A stretch of 64,000 nucleotides of DNA from Ophelia neglecta (Eukaryota), in contig OZ260662.1 of assembly GCA_965285935.1 (NCBI GenBank), positions 90,644,001-90,708,000 on the forward strand. Reading direction: 5' to 3'. Each line of letters opens with the position of its first letter. The first letter of the stretch is position 1. The notes under the pieces are model-generated. The model was given only the letters and a program-made list of their open reading frames with translations, was not told the DNA's origin and searched no databases. Both the position numbers and the translations under genes were made by a program. Positions 40,213 through 53,514 of the stretch are shown here, piece after piece.

Positions 40213-40484
40213 GACCTAGCCCTCACGAACGCGCCAACTTTTCATTATACATTTGTGAACAGATTCTAGTCTGGATCATAACCAAATAATTAATTTTGGT
40301 CTCTATTGTAAAGTATAGGCCAGTATACATTTATTATATCGCCCTACATGGAATATAGGGCAATATAAAATCAATCGGTTAATCAATAATATCGAATTTG
40401 GATTTGCAACTAATTTCGCGCTGGCTGCCTTGGGCCTGTAAAAACACGAAAACTAATTGTTTCCATGATACATGTTGATCCAAA

Positions 40485-40712
40485 NNNNNNNNNNNNNNNN
40501 NNNNNNNNNNNNNNNNNNNNNNNNNNNNNNNNNNNNNNNNNNNNNNNNNNNNNNNNNNNNNNNNNNNNNNNNNNNNNNNNNNNNNNNNNNNNNNNNNNNN
40601 NNNNNNNNNNNNNNNNNNNNNNNNNNNNNNNNNNNNNNNNNNNNNNNNNNNNNNNNNNNNNNNNNNNNNNNNNNNNNNNNNNNNNNNNNNNNNNNNNNNN
40701 NNNNNNNNNNNN
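40485..40712. other. Assembly gap
   Basis: Run of N. Confidence 1.
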
Positions 40713-43700
40713 CAAATTAGTATGCATGTATAGTGCCTTGTGTTTATGGACAACTGACATATATGTCTCTGCCGTCCAAATTCGTGGATTGAGTTAAAAA
40801 TCTGACAAAAGATGACAAATGAAGTGGAAACTGAGCCAGAAATAAAATAGCTATCTGGCCGTATATCAAGTTAGTTGTGTAAGAAAGATCCAATTTGAAG
40901 ACTTGCCATGTGGTCTTGATTAGCAAGTCTTCCAGGAAAACTTGTAGATCTATGAGGAGGATGTGCAGACTGATGAGTATAGGATCAGGACAAAGACAAC
41001 AATGGTGAAATCCGCCAGCTGCCTGTCGTCACATTTTCTTTTGCAGGGAGTTCTCGGTAAATAAAGCTAGGAAGACAGTGACAGTTTTACCAACCGTGTT
41101 GGAGTTAGCCAAATTGGATGGCTGCTGTCCAGAACAGGCTCGCGGCCATCTCTTTTTGTTAGCATGCCACAAAACTGCAGACAATTCAATAAGAGATACG
41201 GACAAGGGGCGAGCTCAGGGCGCAGGATATGAAGCCAATCATTTACTGGCCGCGATATCGAGTCAGCTGCGCTCTGACAAGAAAATTAGCGCCGGCTTAC
41301 AGGGGCAAAGGTGAGCATCAGTCATGGAGCGGAGAGAATGCCTGGGTTTTGTTGTAATAAAGCGACACCGGCCCCTAAACGTAATCAGCACACTTCAAAT
41401 AGACTGGCTCCTAGTAGGGACACGGCAAAAATGTATTAGTCACAAATATTAGCTTCGTTTTGTAGCGAGAAACCCATCTGATTAATAAGCGCTACTCAAA
41501 GCTATTTGCATAGCACAGTCGTAAAGCATCTAATTTCACCAGCGACAGTGTTCATTACAAAAATGATCGATGTTGTTTTGATCAACATGCGTTTATATAG
41601 CTTGCCTAATGAAATTGAGCACAATATCCATGAAAAACTGTGATTTATAAATACTGTGCCGACAGACACACCGAAGAAGCCAATAGGACGCATGGCTATC
41701 GAACGGCGGCAATTTATCGCGCTATCGATCCGCAATTATGTGAAAAGCTTGGAACTATTTTCATCGCGATTTTTCAATTGATGCACATTATGGTACTCAG
41801 TACAGAAAGCCAAATTACATGTTATGCCGCCCCATGTGACAGGCACTTCTTCGCAAGCATCTCAAAAATGGCTGACGACACAAGGCAGCGAAGTAAATTC
41901 GGGAAAGTGATCAATCCGAACCCATTAAGTTGTCACAGTAATCACTAACTAATGGAGTGAAGTTGTAATTTTTCCAATTTTCTCCATTTCGTGCACATTG
42001 CAGCACAATTTCTCTTATAAACGGTGCTCAAATTGCTTTTCGTGACGTGATGTGTTACTACACGTTTATTGCCGTGTTATTCAATGTGTAGCCTTTGCTA
42101 GACAAATGGCCAATTTCTTGTGTCAGACGGCGGCATTCTAAAGCTTCTTACTTTGTTACTCGTTTAACTTTAAATATTTAAAGTCGAGAGCATAAAGTAC
42201 AAGGTACACCTTGTTAAACAAATCCTTGTTGGGTTTGGTATATTGTTGTGACATTGTCAAGCATTATACCGATTATTACTTATAACTAAGGTATCGTGGC
42301 AAATATTTCACCATAATATAATGTGTTTACATTTGTATATTTGAGCTATAAATTGTAAACTAGTTTGATGCCCAACTAACCGACTCTTTCACATTTATAA
42401 TGCACCCCTATTTGGGAATTTGATGCATAAAGTTTAACATATAGTATATCAGTTTTTACAATTTGGATTATATTGGCCCCTAATATATTATTTACTTCAG
42501 CAGAATTGTATGAAATGTGGTGGGGATCGACTAGGTCAAATGAGCAACCATGCGCGATGCTTAAATATTTAGACCCATGTTTACGTTCAAATCTTACGTA
42601 TAATGTTTATGTTCTCACACATATCTAAGAACATCTAAATATTTGGTTCAGCTACAAGTTTTAAAAAAAAATTAAGGTCAACCGTGAACCAATTCCAGTT
42701 AATTGGGTAATTTAATCTTCAACCTTGTACAGCGGTTGCTCTGCTGGCGATGGTTACAATGTAATCTAACTGAACTGTAAGTTAATATCAATGGGGGGCT
42801 TGTTCATGACCAACCATAATGAGAAATATGGAGGCAACACGCGTAATAAGCATCTATTACAGGCCTGTGTGAAATTAACAATGCTTATAATACGACCGTA
42901 ATAAGAATAATTAATTGAAATTAACACGATATCAAGGGAATAAGTGTGTCCATGCACTCGAACGTTTGACATTCTATACATCAGCAGCAGAGAATATTAT
43001 TGTCTTTCTGTTTAACAATACAATATCATTTTATGATTAATCTACGCAATGTAATCAATTATAGTCAATTCAAAGCTTACCACTTGATGAGAGCCAGGAT
43101 ATAAAACTGAATAAGGTTCATATTCCCTTATTAATCATTTCGTTTCGTCGCCTACACAGAACATGATATTTTGTCCATTTACTTTATTGCTTTATGGTGT
43201 TGTCCTATCTCCGATAATCTAAAATAAACCCTGGCTAGCAGAGCCAGGCTCTCGTCGCCAGATTAGCCGAGCCGAGTGCTGATTGCATGGTAAAAGCTCA
43301 TGTCAGAAGTTAATTGTGTCTGGATGGGGTTCGCCTGACCTGTACCTTTGTGACAACATTCCCGCTGGTCCCCTGGGCTCGTGCCCGCCTCAATGCCATC
43401 CCCGCCAGCAGATGATGTCATTGGCTTTTCATTTTTCAAAGCTTGGTATTCTCATAACGCAGCGGGAGATTATATTATTGCTTGTATAAATAAGCCCATC
43501 ATGCTGTTTTTGGAAGCAATTTCTTTTCGAGAAGACAATGGTACAAGTTATAACTATGTACCATCTCCATCATGCCCGTGTACGAATGACCGTCTGCTTT
43601 CAACGGCGCCTCCCGAGCTCGCTTTTCTATAAGTGTTTTGTAGATAGGCCAGTATCGCATATATTGAGTAGGGCGTCGTGGAACCGGAACCACGCATGAA

Positions 43701-46700
43701 TTGAAGTAAAACGCCTGGTACTTTGTTAATAACTCGGGGAAATTATTCAGATAATCATATTTTATACTCGAACATTTTTTCCATAATGAGAATTAAGCTT
43801 AAATATTGCCACGGTCTTAAATTGTAATGAGAGAGGCCGGTTAATGTAATAATAATATTCGTGGCTATCGGTTATGAATATAATAAAGAGTTAGATGGCT
43901 GTTTATATCGTCACCTCAGTATATATTTTGTTTCTATTCTTTCTGAAAGTGACCAAGATATTAAGCTTTCAAACGGTCTTGTTGATGCTATTATATAGGA
44001 ACATCATGGACGGAACCTTGCATAAAGGAATCTCAATGTCGATCATTCCATTGAAAAGTAACTGTACGCTTGCATGTCAGTGTATCGTTCTTGTTGATCC
44101 CATGGCTGCTCATGTCAGAGAACATTTGTTTCAAAAATATAAATTGCCACCATCAATCTCTATGCTCGAGTGTGATAGGAATTCAGAGTACCCTGAGCTA
44201 GCCATGTGGCACCGCCAACCTTCATCATAAAGTTTCCGACTGTGTCCGGCGGGAGTACGGACGTACACTCTTGAGGTTGTTGATGTTACTACAGGCTATG
44301 AATTGCATAAATTCCTCGTTATAATCTTGCAAGTCCAAAGCTAACATGGCCGACATGCCAGTTACCCTAAAGCAATGTTATATACTCAATATTTCTCTGT
44401 CGGTGTCCAATGTAAAGCAAACATTAATTGGCGAGAGTTCCTCGAGTATAATTTAATATCACACCCCTAGCTATATAGCTATCGATTCATGACAAACGGG
44501 AAAAATATCGGTTTATTGCACATCTAGATTGCGTTGTTTGGCCATCAATTCTACTAGGTTCAATATTGAACTCTCAAGCTTGCCACTAAAGATGAAAGGT
44601 CCTGGAACAATGGGCTGTGTGTGTAAATATTGCACAGTTATTAGCAGGTGCACTTTTCCTTCGAGTGACATTACATCAATATAATGGAGTGGAAGGAAAG
44701 TCAAACTAGCTGACTATTGGGTTATCAGGTTTATCAGGATTAATGATGTTACAGTCTGAACTGTTGTGAGAGCCCAGCTGACCAATTTAAAATAACTGAT
44801 GCTGATCGATTGAGAGATAGGGCAGTGCTTCAAAAATGGATCCAACGCACGTTGTATTTAATGTATATATACACGTGTTCAATACATAGAAAAGTAAGCT
44901 GTGAACTTGTGTTTTGGAGTTGAATAAATTGCAATCGATTATTCAAGTAGCTACTGACATGCATTTTCCTAAATTTAGTCGGAAATATTTATTTTCCATA
45001 TAGAATTACGTGCCGTGCGCATAAAACCAGAGAATCAAGTTCAATTCAAATGTCATTCTGGTACAGAACCAGCAATCGAGTTCAAGGTAAGCATCTTGTC
45101 CAAAATAATTTAGTCGTGCAATGTGTGATTACATTATGAGTAGGAGAGGAGTTGACAAGTCGGACGCCATTTGCTGGTGTAGTGATCAAGTCAACGGTGA
45201 TTATTCTCACCTCAGCAGCGGAGGGATATATATATATATCAGCGAGACGTGATTGATAGTAGTTTCTTTCCGTACCTAGCCGCAGCCTTTCCCCGGCTTG
45301 TTTACTCCGGAGTCTGTCCCTGACCCCCAGTCAGTTATGACACCTGTAACCGTCCCACCACACACCTTTCCAATTACCTGTCAGTGTGACGTATGTGTGT
45401 AATCTCGGGCCTGCCAGGAGAGGGCTCAGCAGCAGGTGGCACTTCTTGGTCTCCGGCCTCCGGGAGTCACATTCAAGCACACAATATCTCTCCCCTGGCC
45501 CTCCTTTATATTCAGCAATCAACACCAATGGGTGGATGAATGTGAGCTGGGTGCGGGTAGTTTACAACGGATTATACGCATCGGGACTATCCGGGTATAG
45601 TTACTACCGAGAGAGTAGAGCAGATAAGGGCAGGATCTCTATATAGTCAGCGTTTTCAGCCTGGCAGATCTCCGTCGACTCGACCTACCGCCAATTAGAA
45701 GTCAATCGGCAGCGGGGCCCTAGCGGGCCGAGGCTTGAAGGTCGGGCTGGCCCCCGGGGAGACATAGACCCGAGCCGGGTGTGTAGCTATCTGTCCCGGG
45801 GCCTCGCCCGCTGCGTTCTATCAGGCAAGGCGACCTCTGGCCCCATCAGCTTACCCACGGGGCGGCTGCCTGCTGACAGACTGACCTTCGATAATCACCT
45901 GCTCACGAGGCCAGACGAGCAAAACCCTAATATTCACTGGGAGGTTTCCACGTTCAATATTGATCCGCAATTCCAATAATTATAATCAATTTCAATTTAT
46001 TCAACTCAAACTTCACCAGGAGCATAAAGTACAACCTATACATTATTTGACAAACAAAGCAACGTTATAAATCACATTTCAATATAATCCACCACAGAAG
46101 TTCGTTATATTACATCGCTTAATGGAAATAGCGAGGCTCTTCTCGCGTCTTACATCCTGCAATAACTGCTCTAATTTAATCAAGTTGACATCTGTGCGGT
46201 AATACTTAGGCATGAATTTTCTCTCACCCCAGTAACATGATAAAATTTACATTCAAATAAAATGTGAAACTCGTCTCCTAGAATACTCTCAGTACACAGG
46301 TCACAATAGCGCTCAGACTTATATAGGGATATTGGCGTGCCTACCAGTTTCAATTGCCAATCAAAATCAAAGTAATTTGTACTTCTGAAACACCCTATCT
46401 GACTTGTAAAACAGTTTTCGTTTCAAAAAATGCTATGAACGTTTAAAAATGCTGAATTGTGTGATTTAGCCAAATATGAGACCAAATGTGAAGGATCAGC
46501 ATTTAATGTGACTAATATGCATGCGTTTTAATCAAATGCACGGCAATCCTCTGTCAACAAATGTGTTTGCATCCCAGCAGCAGGTGAAGAGATAGGGCAC
46601 ATCATATGCATCATTATTATCAATTTCGGATGACATAAATTATGCCATATATCTTAATGGGCATGTTACGAAAATAAACAGAAGCGGTGATTGGAGATCC

Positions 46701-48027
46701 TGTGACAGTTTGCGATCAAGGGACGCGGTGCTAGCTGGTTTAAGAGGCAGCACGTGTGTCTCCGGCGATAAGAGTGACGGCGATGAACTAAATTCATTTT
46801 AATTAAGTCCTGCAGTGTGCATTTGCTACATAATCACACAGAGAGCACGGCAAAATGGATAGGACCGAGCTAAGAGCACTGTTTTAGTGCCAGCGGCTAA
46901 TGACATACTCCAGGAAACAGCCAGAGGTTTTATTTGCTGTGTCTGACATGAAGGGTGTCAGAGACGCCGGAGAGTGTGCTTCATCGATCGCGCGATTTTA
47001 AACGCCGAAGGAGGATAGGAGGAAGACTCACCACCGATTGTTGAAGCCCGGGACGGCATAGGATCGGACGAGAGTGCTCCATCGCTCCCTCGAGAACGGC
47101 GCCAAGATTAGCGAGTATTGTGCTCGATTGGCGCGTGGATCTTCGCTAAAATACCGACCAATAACAGCTAGCACATCTCTAAAGGATAGACTCACCACGA
47201 ATGGGATTACTTAGCGCAATTGCTCCCCGATTGTGTCCCAGCATTATGCTCCATCAAATGTCACCCTAAGAGGAAATTAGTGAGTCGTCTGATAGAGAGT
47301 GCCTTTGTGTCTCAATCCGGAATGGTAAGGATACATTTCTAAGTGCGTTCTCGAGATAGGTACATACAGATAGATAGAAGTGAAGGGCCCGCTTAAAGGA
47401 CTTAAACTTCCTGGAGCTAGGAAACCAAGTCGGATTGCATCTTCATTGATTATTAGAGAGCTTTAATTGGGTACAAGACGAGCTTTCAGCAGAGTTTTGT
47501 CTGGAATGAAGCGACATTTGCGCAGTACGATGTTCGGAATAAGGCATTGGTTGGTGATCCCATACTGTCTCCTCTTCCTGCGAAATACACGTGGAACCGA
47601 AGTAACCGAAAAAGGTCAGTATGCTCTTTTCATACCCTAGAAACATTTATAAACACTTGCGCTCTTATGTTAGTTTGTCATAGGACCATGATTGATTCGT
47701 ATTTTAAATTTGATATTCCCGCTTTATATTGGATAAACCGCTTTTGGGAGGCTGACTGTTTCGTTGTAGAACTACAGCAACGCTGAAATGATCACCATGC
47801 ATAATCGAAAATAATATGCAACCTAAAAACAATGTAATGATAGCCAGCATAAACTGAATGTAAACAGAACAGCGGCCATTATGCCGGTCCTGATCACCCA
47901 TCTGTGGTTTACAAATACTGGAGGCACTGAGTGTAATTCTAGTCGATTTAATCAAAACAATGAAGTTAGATTCTGATCTCCAGCAAGCAGCTGTCCAATT
48001 TCACGGCTAATGGACATTATATATATA

Positions 48028-48204
48028 CAGTGAAACCTGCCTTAAAGACCACCACCATATTCAGACCATCTGCAAATTCAGACCACTTATATGAAGACCA
48101 AAGTATACCCTTTCAATGTAAAATAACCAGTGTAAACAGACCACCTCTGTAATCAGACCAGTATATGCCAGTTTCTTGGGTGGTCTTAATTCACAGGTTC
48201 ACTG
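48028..48204. mobile_element. MITE family B copy 2 (opposite orientation to copy 1)
   Basis: TA|CAGTGAAACCTGCC...CACAGGTTCACTG|TA; internal CAGACCAC repeats. Confidence 0.85.
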
Positions 48205-48214
48205 TATATATGCA

Positions 48215-48395
48215 CAGTGAAACATGTCTTAAAGGCCATCTCTATAATCAGACCACCTTTCAATTCAGACCACTTATATGGTGACCATTGTATGGTGACC
48301 ATGGTGTATACAATAACCTGTGTAAATCGACCACCTTTGAAATCAGACCATCATTTTCCAGTCCCTTGGGTAGTCTCAATTCACAGGTTTCACTG
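48215..48395. mobile_element. MITE family B copy 3, tandem to copy 2
   Basis: CAGTGAAACATG...CACAGGTTTCACTG|TA; colinear with copy 2, 10 nt downstream. Confidence 0.85.
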
Positions 48396-51300
48396 TACAT
48401 GTAGAGGCACACTTTATTGACTATAAGAAAAAGCTTTGTTTGCAAGACAGTGTCTTCGTTAAGTTATTTTCTTTTACATTTCACTCAAAGTTATATTTTT
48501 CCTTGTTCCTGTATGAATGTATTAACAACCAGGTTCTGCACAATGAGTTATGGTTAAGTCCCTTGATAACATTGGAGGTTGTTGTCACTGTTGTCAGCGA
48601 AAAATGTACAATCCTGGAGTAAAGTAATGGAAGCTTGATATTCGACCATACACTGATATTGACCAACATTATTAAGCAATATTTATTTGATTATAAGTAA
48701 CTTCCAGGCCACGAAAGATTTATTTCTTGGGTTCAACAAATCTATCGCGATGGAATATCAATTTTAGCTTCTTCAATGCAGTTGAGAGCGATACCTCTCG
48801 TCTGAAGTACGTCTATCTTAACCATAACAAACACGGATTGGTAATGGAAGGTCAAACATGTGTGTGAAATGATTTAGACCGGTGTTAATTCCATGTGCCA
48901 AAAGTCTATGTATCGCATGGTTGATTAATGTTTACTAAATCTAAGTTAAGAACTCGAGTTCAGAAGTCAGGAACCCCGCAATCTCTGTCAGATTTGAGAC
49001 GAGAACGAGGTCGGAGCCTCTTTGTCATTCGGTCTCGCTCTCGTGCTGAGCATCTGGAGCTCGTTACGTGACTTTGACATTCGTAATTGGTAGTTTGATA
49101 GAGTTACTGCGAGGTTGATACCAGAGTGGTCAGGACCTATAGGGCCCGACCCGAGGATGTTGGGGCTGGTCTGCTCGCGCCCAATATCATAAACAGCACG
49201 CCTAGTTTGTATGGTTTGAAGTAATCACAGCCAGGGAGATGGAGATCGCGTGTTGACTTGCTCTTTAGAGCGCCATCACTATTAAACTTCACCCAGCCAG
49301 AGTATCACATGGGGCGTGGAGGACATTTTGTCAGAACACGTGCAATCTTTGATCTTTCATTAACTGCACACAAAGACGCTAGCGTGTTGCCTATCAGCGA
49401 GAACATCACTCAATATCCCCAAACATTAATCATCCTTCTGAGCGATCTGGAACTCAGCCGACTCGCAGGAAATCGTCTGCTTCCCGCGTTACTTGTAGAT
49501 ATTAGAGATATGCATGCGCGGCAGATAAACAGCCCACGTTTGATATAGCTCATTATTTTTCATCTATTTACTGTAATGGCGTGCTTTATCGCTCTTATAC
49601 TGTTAGACTGTCTGTTCTCCAGATATGTTGTCACTGAATTAATAAACCGCCATCAAGAATAGCCAGATGCGTCATCAATTTCAATGTAAGCCATGTAACT
49701 GGCCTGATCACAAACCCCCAGAGGTGGCGATGCGTGCAGGGATGGTGATAGGACTTTTGATCTAGAATTTGTCGAAGTGATTTTCCTACCACGGGGTGTC
49801 CGCTGGAGTGAAGGGTTAAAAGCCTGGAGCCAGATTTGTTGACTCTCTGACAAACTGAATTCCTGAAATAATATTTGCAAGCTGTGAATCATTGTTGTTT
49901 TAACCAATTGCCTTAACTATATCAAGACCTGCTAAGACCCTTAACGCTATCATAAAAACACAAACATTGCCGCTGGCAGTTTTGAAAGTCTACGGCATCC
50001 CAATCTCACGCAGTTTAGATATCAAATATCTTTCCTCTGTAACATTTTACTAGTAAGACACCCCTTCGATCAGCTGTCCACCAAAACCCTCGTGTACACA
50101 TGCTACGCTTCTAGCGGATTTTGACGGTGGGCCAGAGGGACTCGCGCCCACCTCTTCCACAAGATACGTCAGACTCCTAGCATCTTTCTAAAATTGATAT
50201 TTGCATCTTGTAGCTGATAGGTTAGCCCAATAACCCCCCCCCCCCCAAAAAAAAAAAAACCCGTCTTCCATCCCCGTCCTCCCCCATAATTTCGCCATAG
50301 GGTTGTTGACCGCATTTTAAAAATTCGTGATATTTCCTGTATAACCATCGAGCAATTAATTTGAAGCGTCTCTTCCTGGGTAAAGTGGCTCCCAAACCTT
50401 GTTAACTCTGAGTTAGGGCTGAGCAGCTCATCATTTAACTCGACGTGATACGTTTCACCCCATCAGTAAGACATCAGGCGCGGCTGATAGACAGAGAAAC
50501 ACACACCCGATGTCTCCTCTCAGCTTGATCGGAGGTAAATAATCAAATGATCTAATATTTACATTCTGGTTAACAAAATCTTGGTTCTGCAAGCTGGGAT
50601 TCTTCTTCGATTCAATTTAGTTCACTGTTGACGTGATTCAAGGAATAATGTCTAGGCGTCCATCAGGAGAGCGGTTAACCCGCCGGTTTATCATACCGCA
50701 CACGAATCTTCCGATTACTACAGGGATACCTCAGAATATACTAGTATGCCTTGGAGCAACGGATGAAAAAATAGCCGTGGCTTGGTTCAATGATGCTTAA
50801 TATTGATCTGCAATGAACAGTATTTGAAATTGAAAACCACGGGCAATCAAATAGTAAACGTGGAGTACTTGAAATAATTTGAAATTTAGAACAAGCGGGA
50901 ATCGAGGAGAAAACTTGAAAGAACAACTCCCCACAGCATGTTGAGATAGTATTCATGCTATTGCATGATCTTCTCTAGAAGAATCTGATCTGGTCGAGCT
51001 GTGTCTCTTCACAACAACTGTTTATTTGTTATTGGGTTAGCTGGTGAATGGCTACCCATCAATGGGTGCATCCTTCGTTTCTAGTGATGGACGTACGTGG
51101 AGTCCTGGGGATCTAAGGCGCCGGTGGAAGAGGTATAAAGTTTTATTTAGACTAGACCGACCTGATCAGCAGACAATTGACTACCGTAACTCACCTGATA
51201 CAAGTAAACGACAAAAACATTGCCATCGGACAAACTTGGCACTATAGGAGGGATTTTGAAATTACGAACGAGCATAAGAACAATTTTTTTTTCACCTTTG

Positions 51301-51531
51301 GAACTTGAACTTGTTTCTTTTACTTTAACTCTTTACAATTAAGACCAGGCGGTCTGATAGAAATACTCACATTTGAGCAAGTATTTATATGTATAATATA
51401 AATGCAAGAATTACCTTATATCACATAAATGTATTTTAGGCTTATTCATAATACATGTATATAATTATATACTAAAGACGCGGAAACACCAACACACGAA
51501 GTATAAATCACATTATACCCAAGGGAATATT

Positions 51532-51640
51532 TAATTCAATTCAAACTGCTTTATTGATCAAGATCATATATATACATTCTAGGTTAAGTATAAGCCTACA
51601 AATATACCTTCGGGGTCTTTATAATAATTCCCTTGTTTTT
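51532..51640 (-). mobile_element. Possible LINE 3' tail
   Basis: Minus strand reads AATAAAGCAGTTTGAATTGAATTA, a polyA signal plus short TTGAA repeat as at CR1/L2 3' ends. Confidence 0.3.
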
Positions 51641-52982
51641 AGGAATAGCCCTGTCAATGTGTTATTAAATATGGCTTATCATAACGCACAATGTGCAATA
51701 CTGTAATGATTATCTAGATTCTTATTAGAAATAACCCCCCCCCCCCTTCCCGCCCCGTGGCCCATTATAACAGTACTACAAGGGCTCGTGGATTTGACAT
51801 CCTGGAAATCGGAGTTCAGGGAAAAGCCCCCCCCCCCCTTCTTCTCCCAACCCCCATCCCCTCACTCCCTCCCCATTCCCTCACCCCCCCCCCTCCCATC
51901 CCCCCACCGCCGCCCTCTATCCAGTCTAAAAGTTGAGAGCTCTCATATACAATTCGGACACCCCTCTGATGCTTAAGTATTTAGACAATAGGTGGCAAGA
52001 GATGATATTTGTGAATCCTGCTCTCTGTAGAGCTCTCCCACTGCCTTCTCACTTAAAGTTTATACTGATCGATGGACTCTTACCTAGGACTAGGAACTAT
52101 AGTTTTTTAAATATATATATTTAAATACTAGAGCCATTCTCGGTGGTGCTGACCACTTACTTTGATGTGATAATACACATTATAATTCGACTCAATATTC
52201 CTAGAAGTCGACCTTCCTCTACATTAATTGCAGTCTCTGACAAACTCCAAGAGGCTCAAATAATGACCGCGACCGCTTTTAAAATGAAGATTTGAAACAG
52301 TGAAGAGGAAGTGGCCAGTATAGAATGAAGAATGATGCTATCCCCACACATGTTACCGGTATATAGCAATGTCAGACCAGGGTTCGGTAGGGTGGAGTAG
52401 TGTTGGGTTACGTGGAGAAACTTGGCGAAAATGATCGGCGCCTTGAGTGATCTGGTATTTTATGTCAGGGTTATTTATCAGTAATTGGAAATAGCACATC
52501 GGTCTTAGAAATAGTTACTTACAAGAGTAGATTGGACTGCATCGAAAACTACATTTTATGTGTTCTGTGAATCATAGCCGGGCAGGTCTAAACATATGAA
52601 CGCCCTTTACGTACTGCTAAGAAACCCGCCCGTGCGAGAATCGTTGTCTTGTGAGACGCAGAGCTGAAATAATTTGTACTTTTTGAACCGGGCTCACTAA
52701 GCAACGCTGCCCGCTGGGGCAAAGCTCTTTCTATGCTGCGGTTCACAAGGCAATCCTGCTCGCCGGGGCGGGGCTACCAACAGGGCTCAACAGCTGTAGC
52801 GAAAATGCCTCTGTGAGTTTGAAACTTTTGAGCATTGGGCATTTAGTAATGGATTAAGATACCTGGGGCTTCAGGTATCATAAATCAGGATCTCGATACC
52901 GGATCCCTAGTATACAATACTGTACGCCGGCAGACTAAATATGCTAATTTTTCAAGACCTGGGACTCTCGCATTTAGGTTAT

Positions 52983-53514
52983 GCCTCAGGCACATTTGCC
53001 CAGTTGGCCGGCCGAATATGAGGTAGGCTATCGTGCGATTTCCCTAATACCCGGGCGCCGGTGACTTTTCTAGACATTTTCACGACGTTTCTAACATATG
53101 AAGGAAAGCGATCACGGCCCCTAAATTATTTTGCCCAATAAAGTCGAAAGGCCATCGCACGGGAGCTATAGGCTGGCGGTTCCGCTCAGGTTTTTGAAGT
53201 CGCAAGGGCGGCAGGATACTGTTAGGAACCGTGCGGTCCAGGTATTAAATATAACATCGCACGATGACTGTAAGGTGTCTCCGGGGAGCGCAGGGTGACA
53301 TTAAGACGTCCTCCCAGGGCCCGTAAACACCCCGGCGGTGGACCCTCGGTGTTATTCTTTTTAAAAAACCGGCCGGTCATCGAGAAAATATAACTTCGCG
53401 TTAAAAGCCACCGGCGACATTGGCCGATACCACCGCACTTCACCGACGAAATGTGCCTGTGACCGCACAATACCATAGGTGCCCGCCAGAACTCACCGAG
53501 GCATATGGGACAGT
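52983..53514. mobile_element. Possible degenerate non-autonomous DNA transposon (PIF/Harbinger-like)
   Basis: GC/CpG-rich block in AT-rich context with imperfect inverted ends (CACATTTGCCC ... GGCATATGGGAC) and repeated ATCGCACG/ACCGCAC motifs. Family assignment is from resemblance only. Confidence 0.35.
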
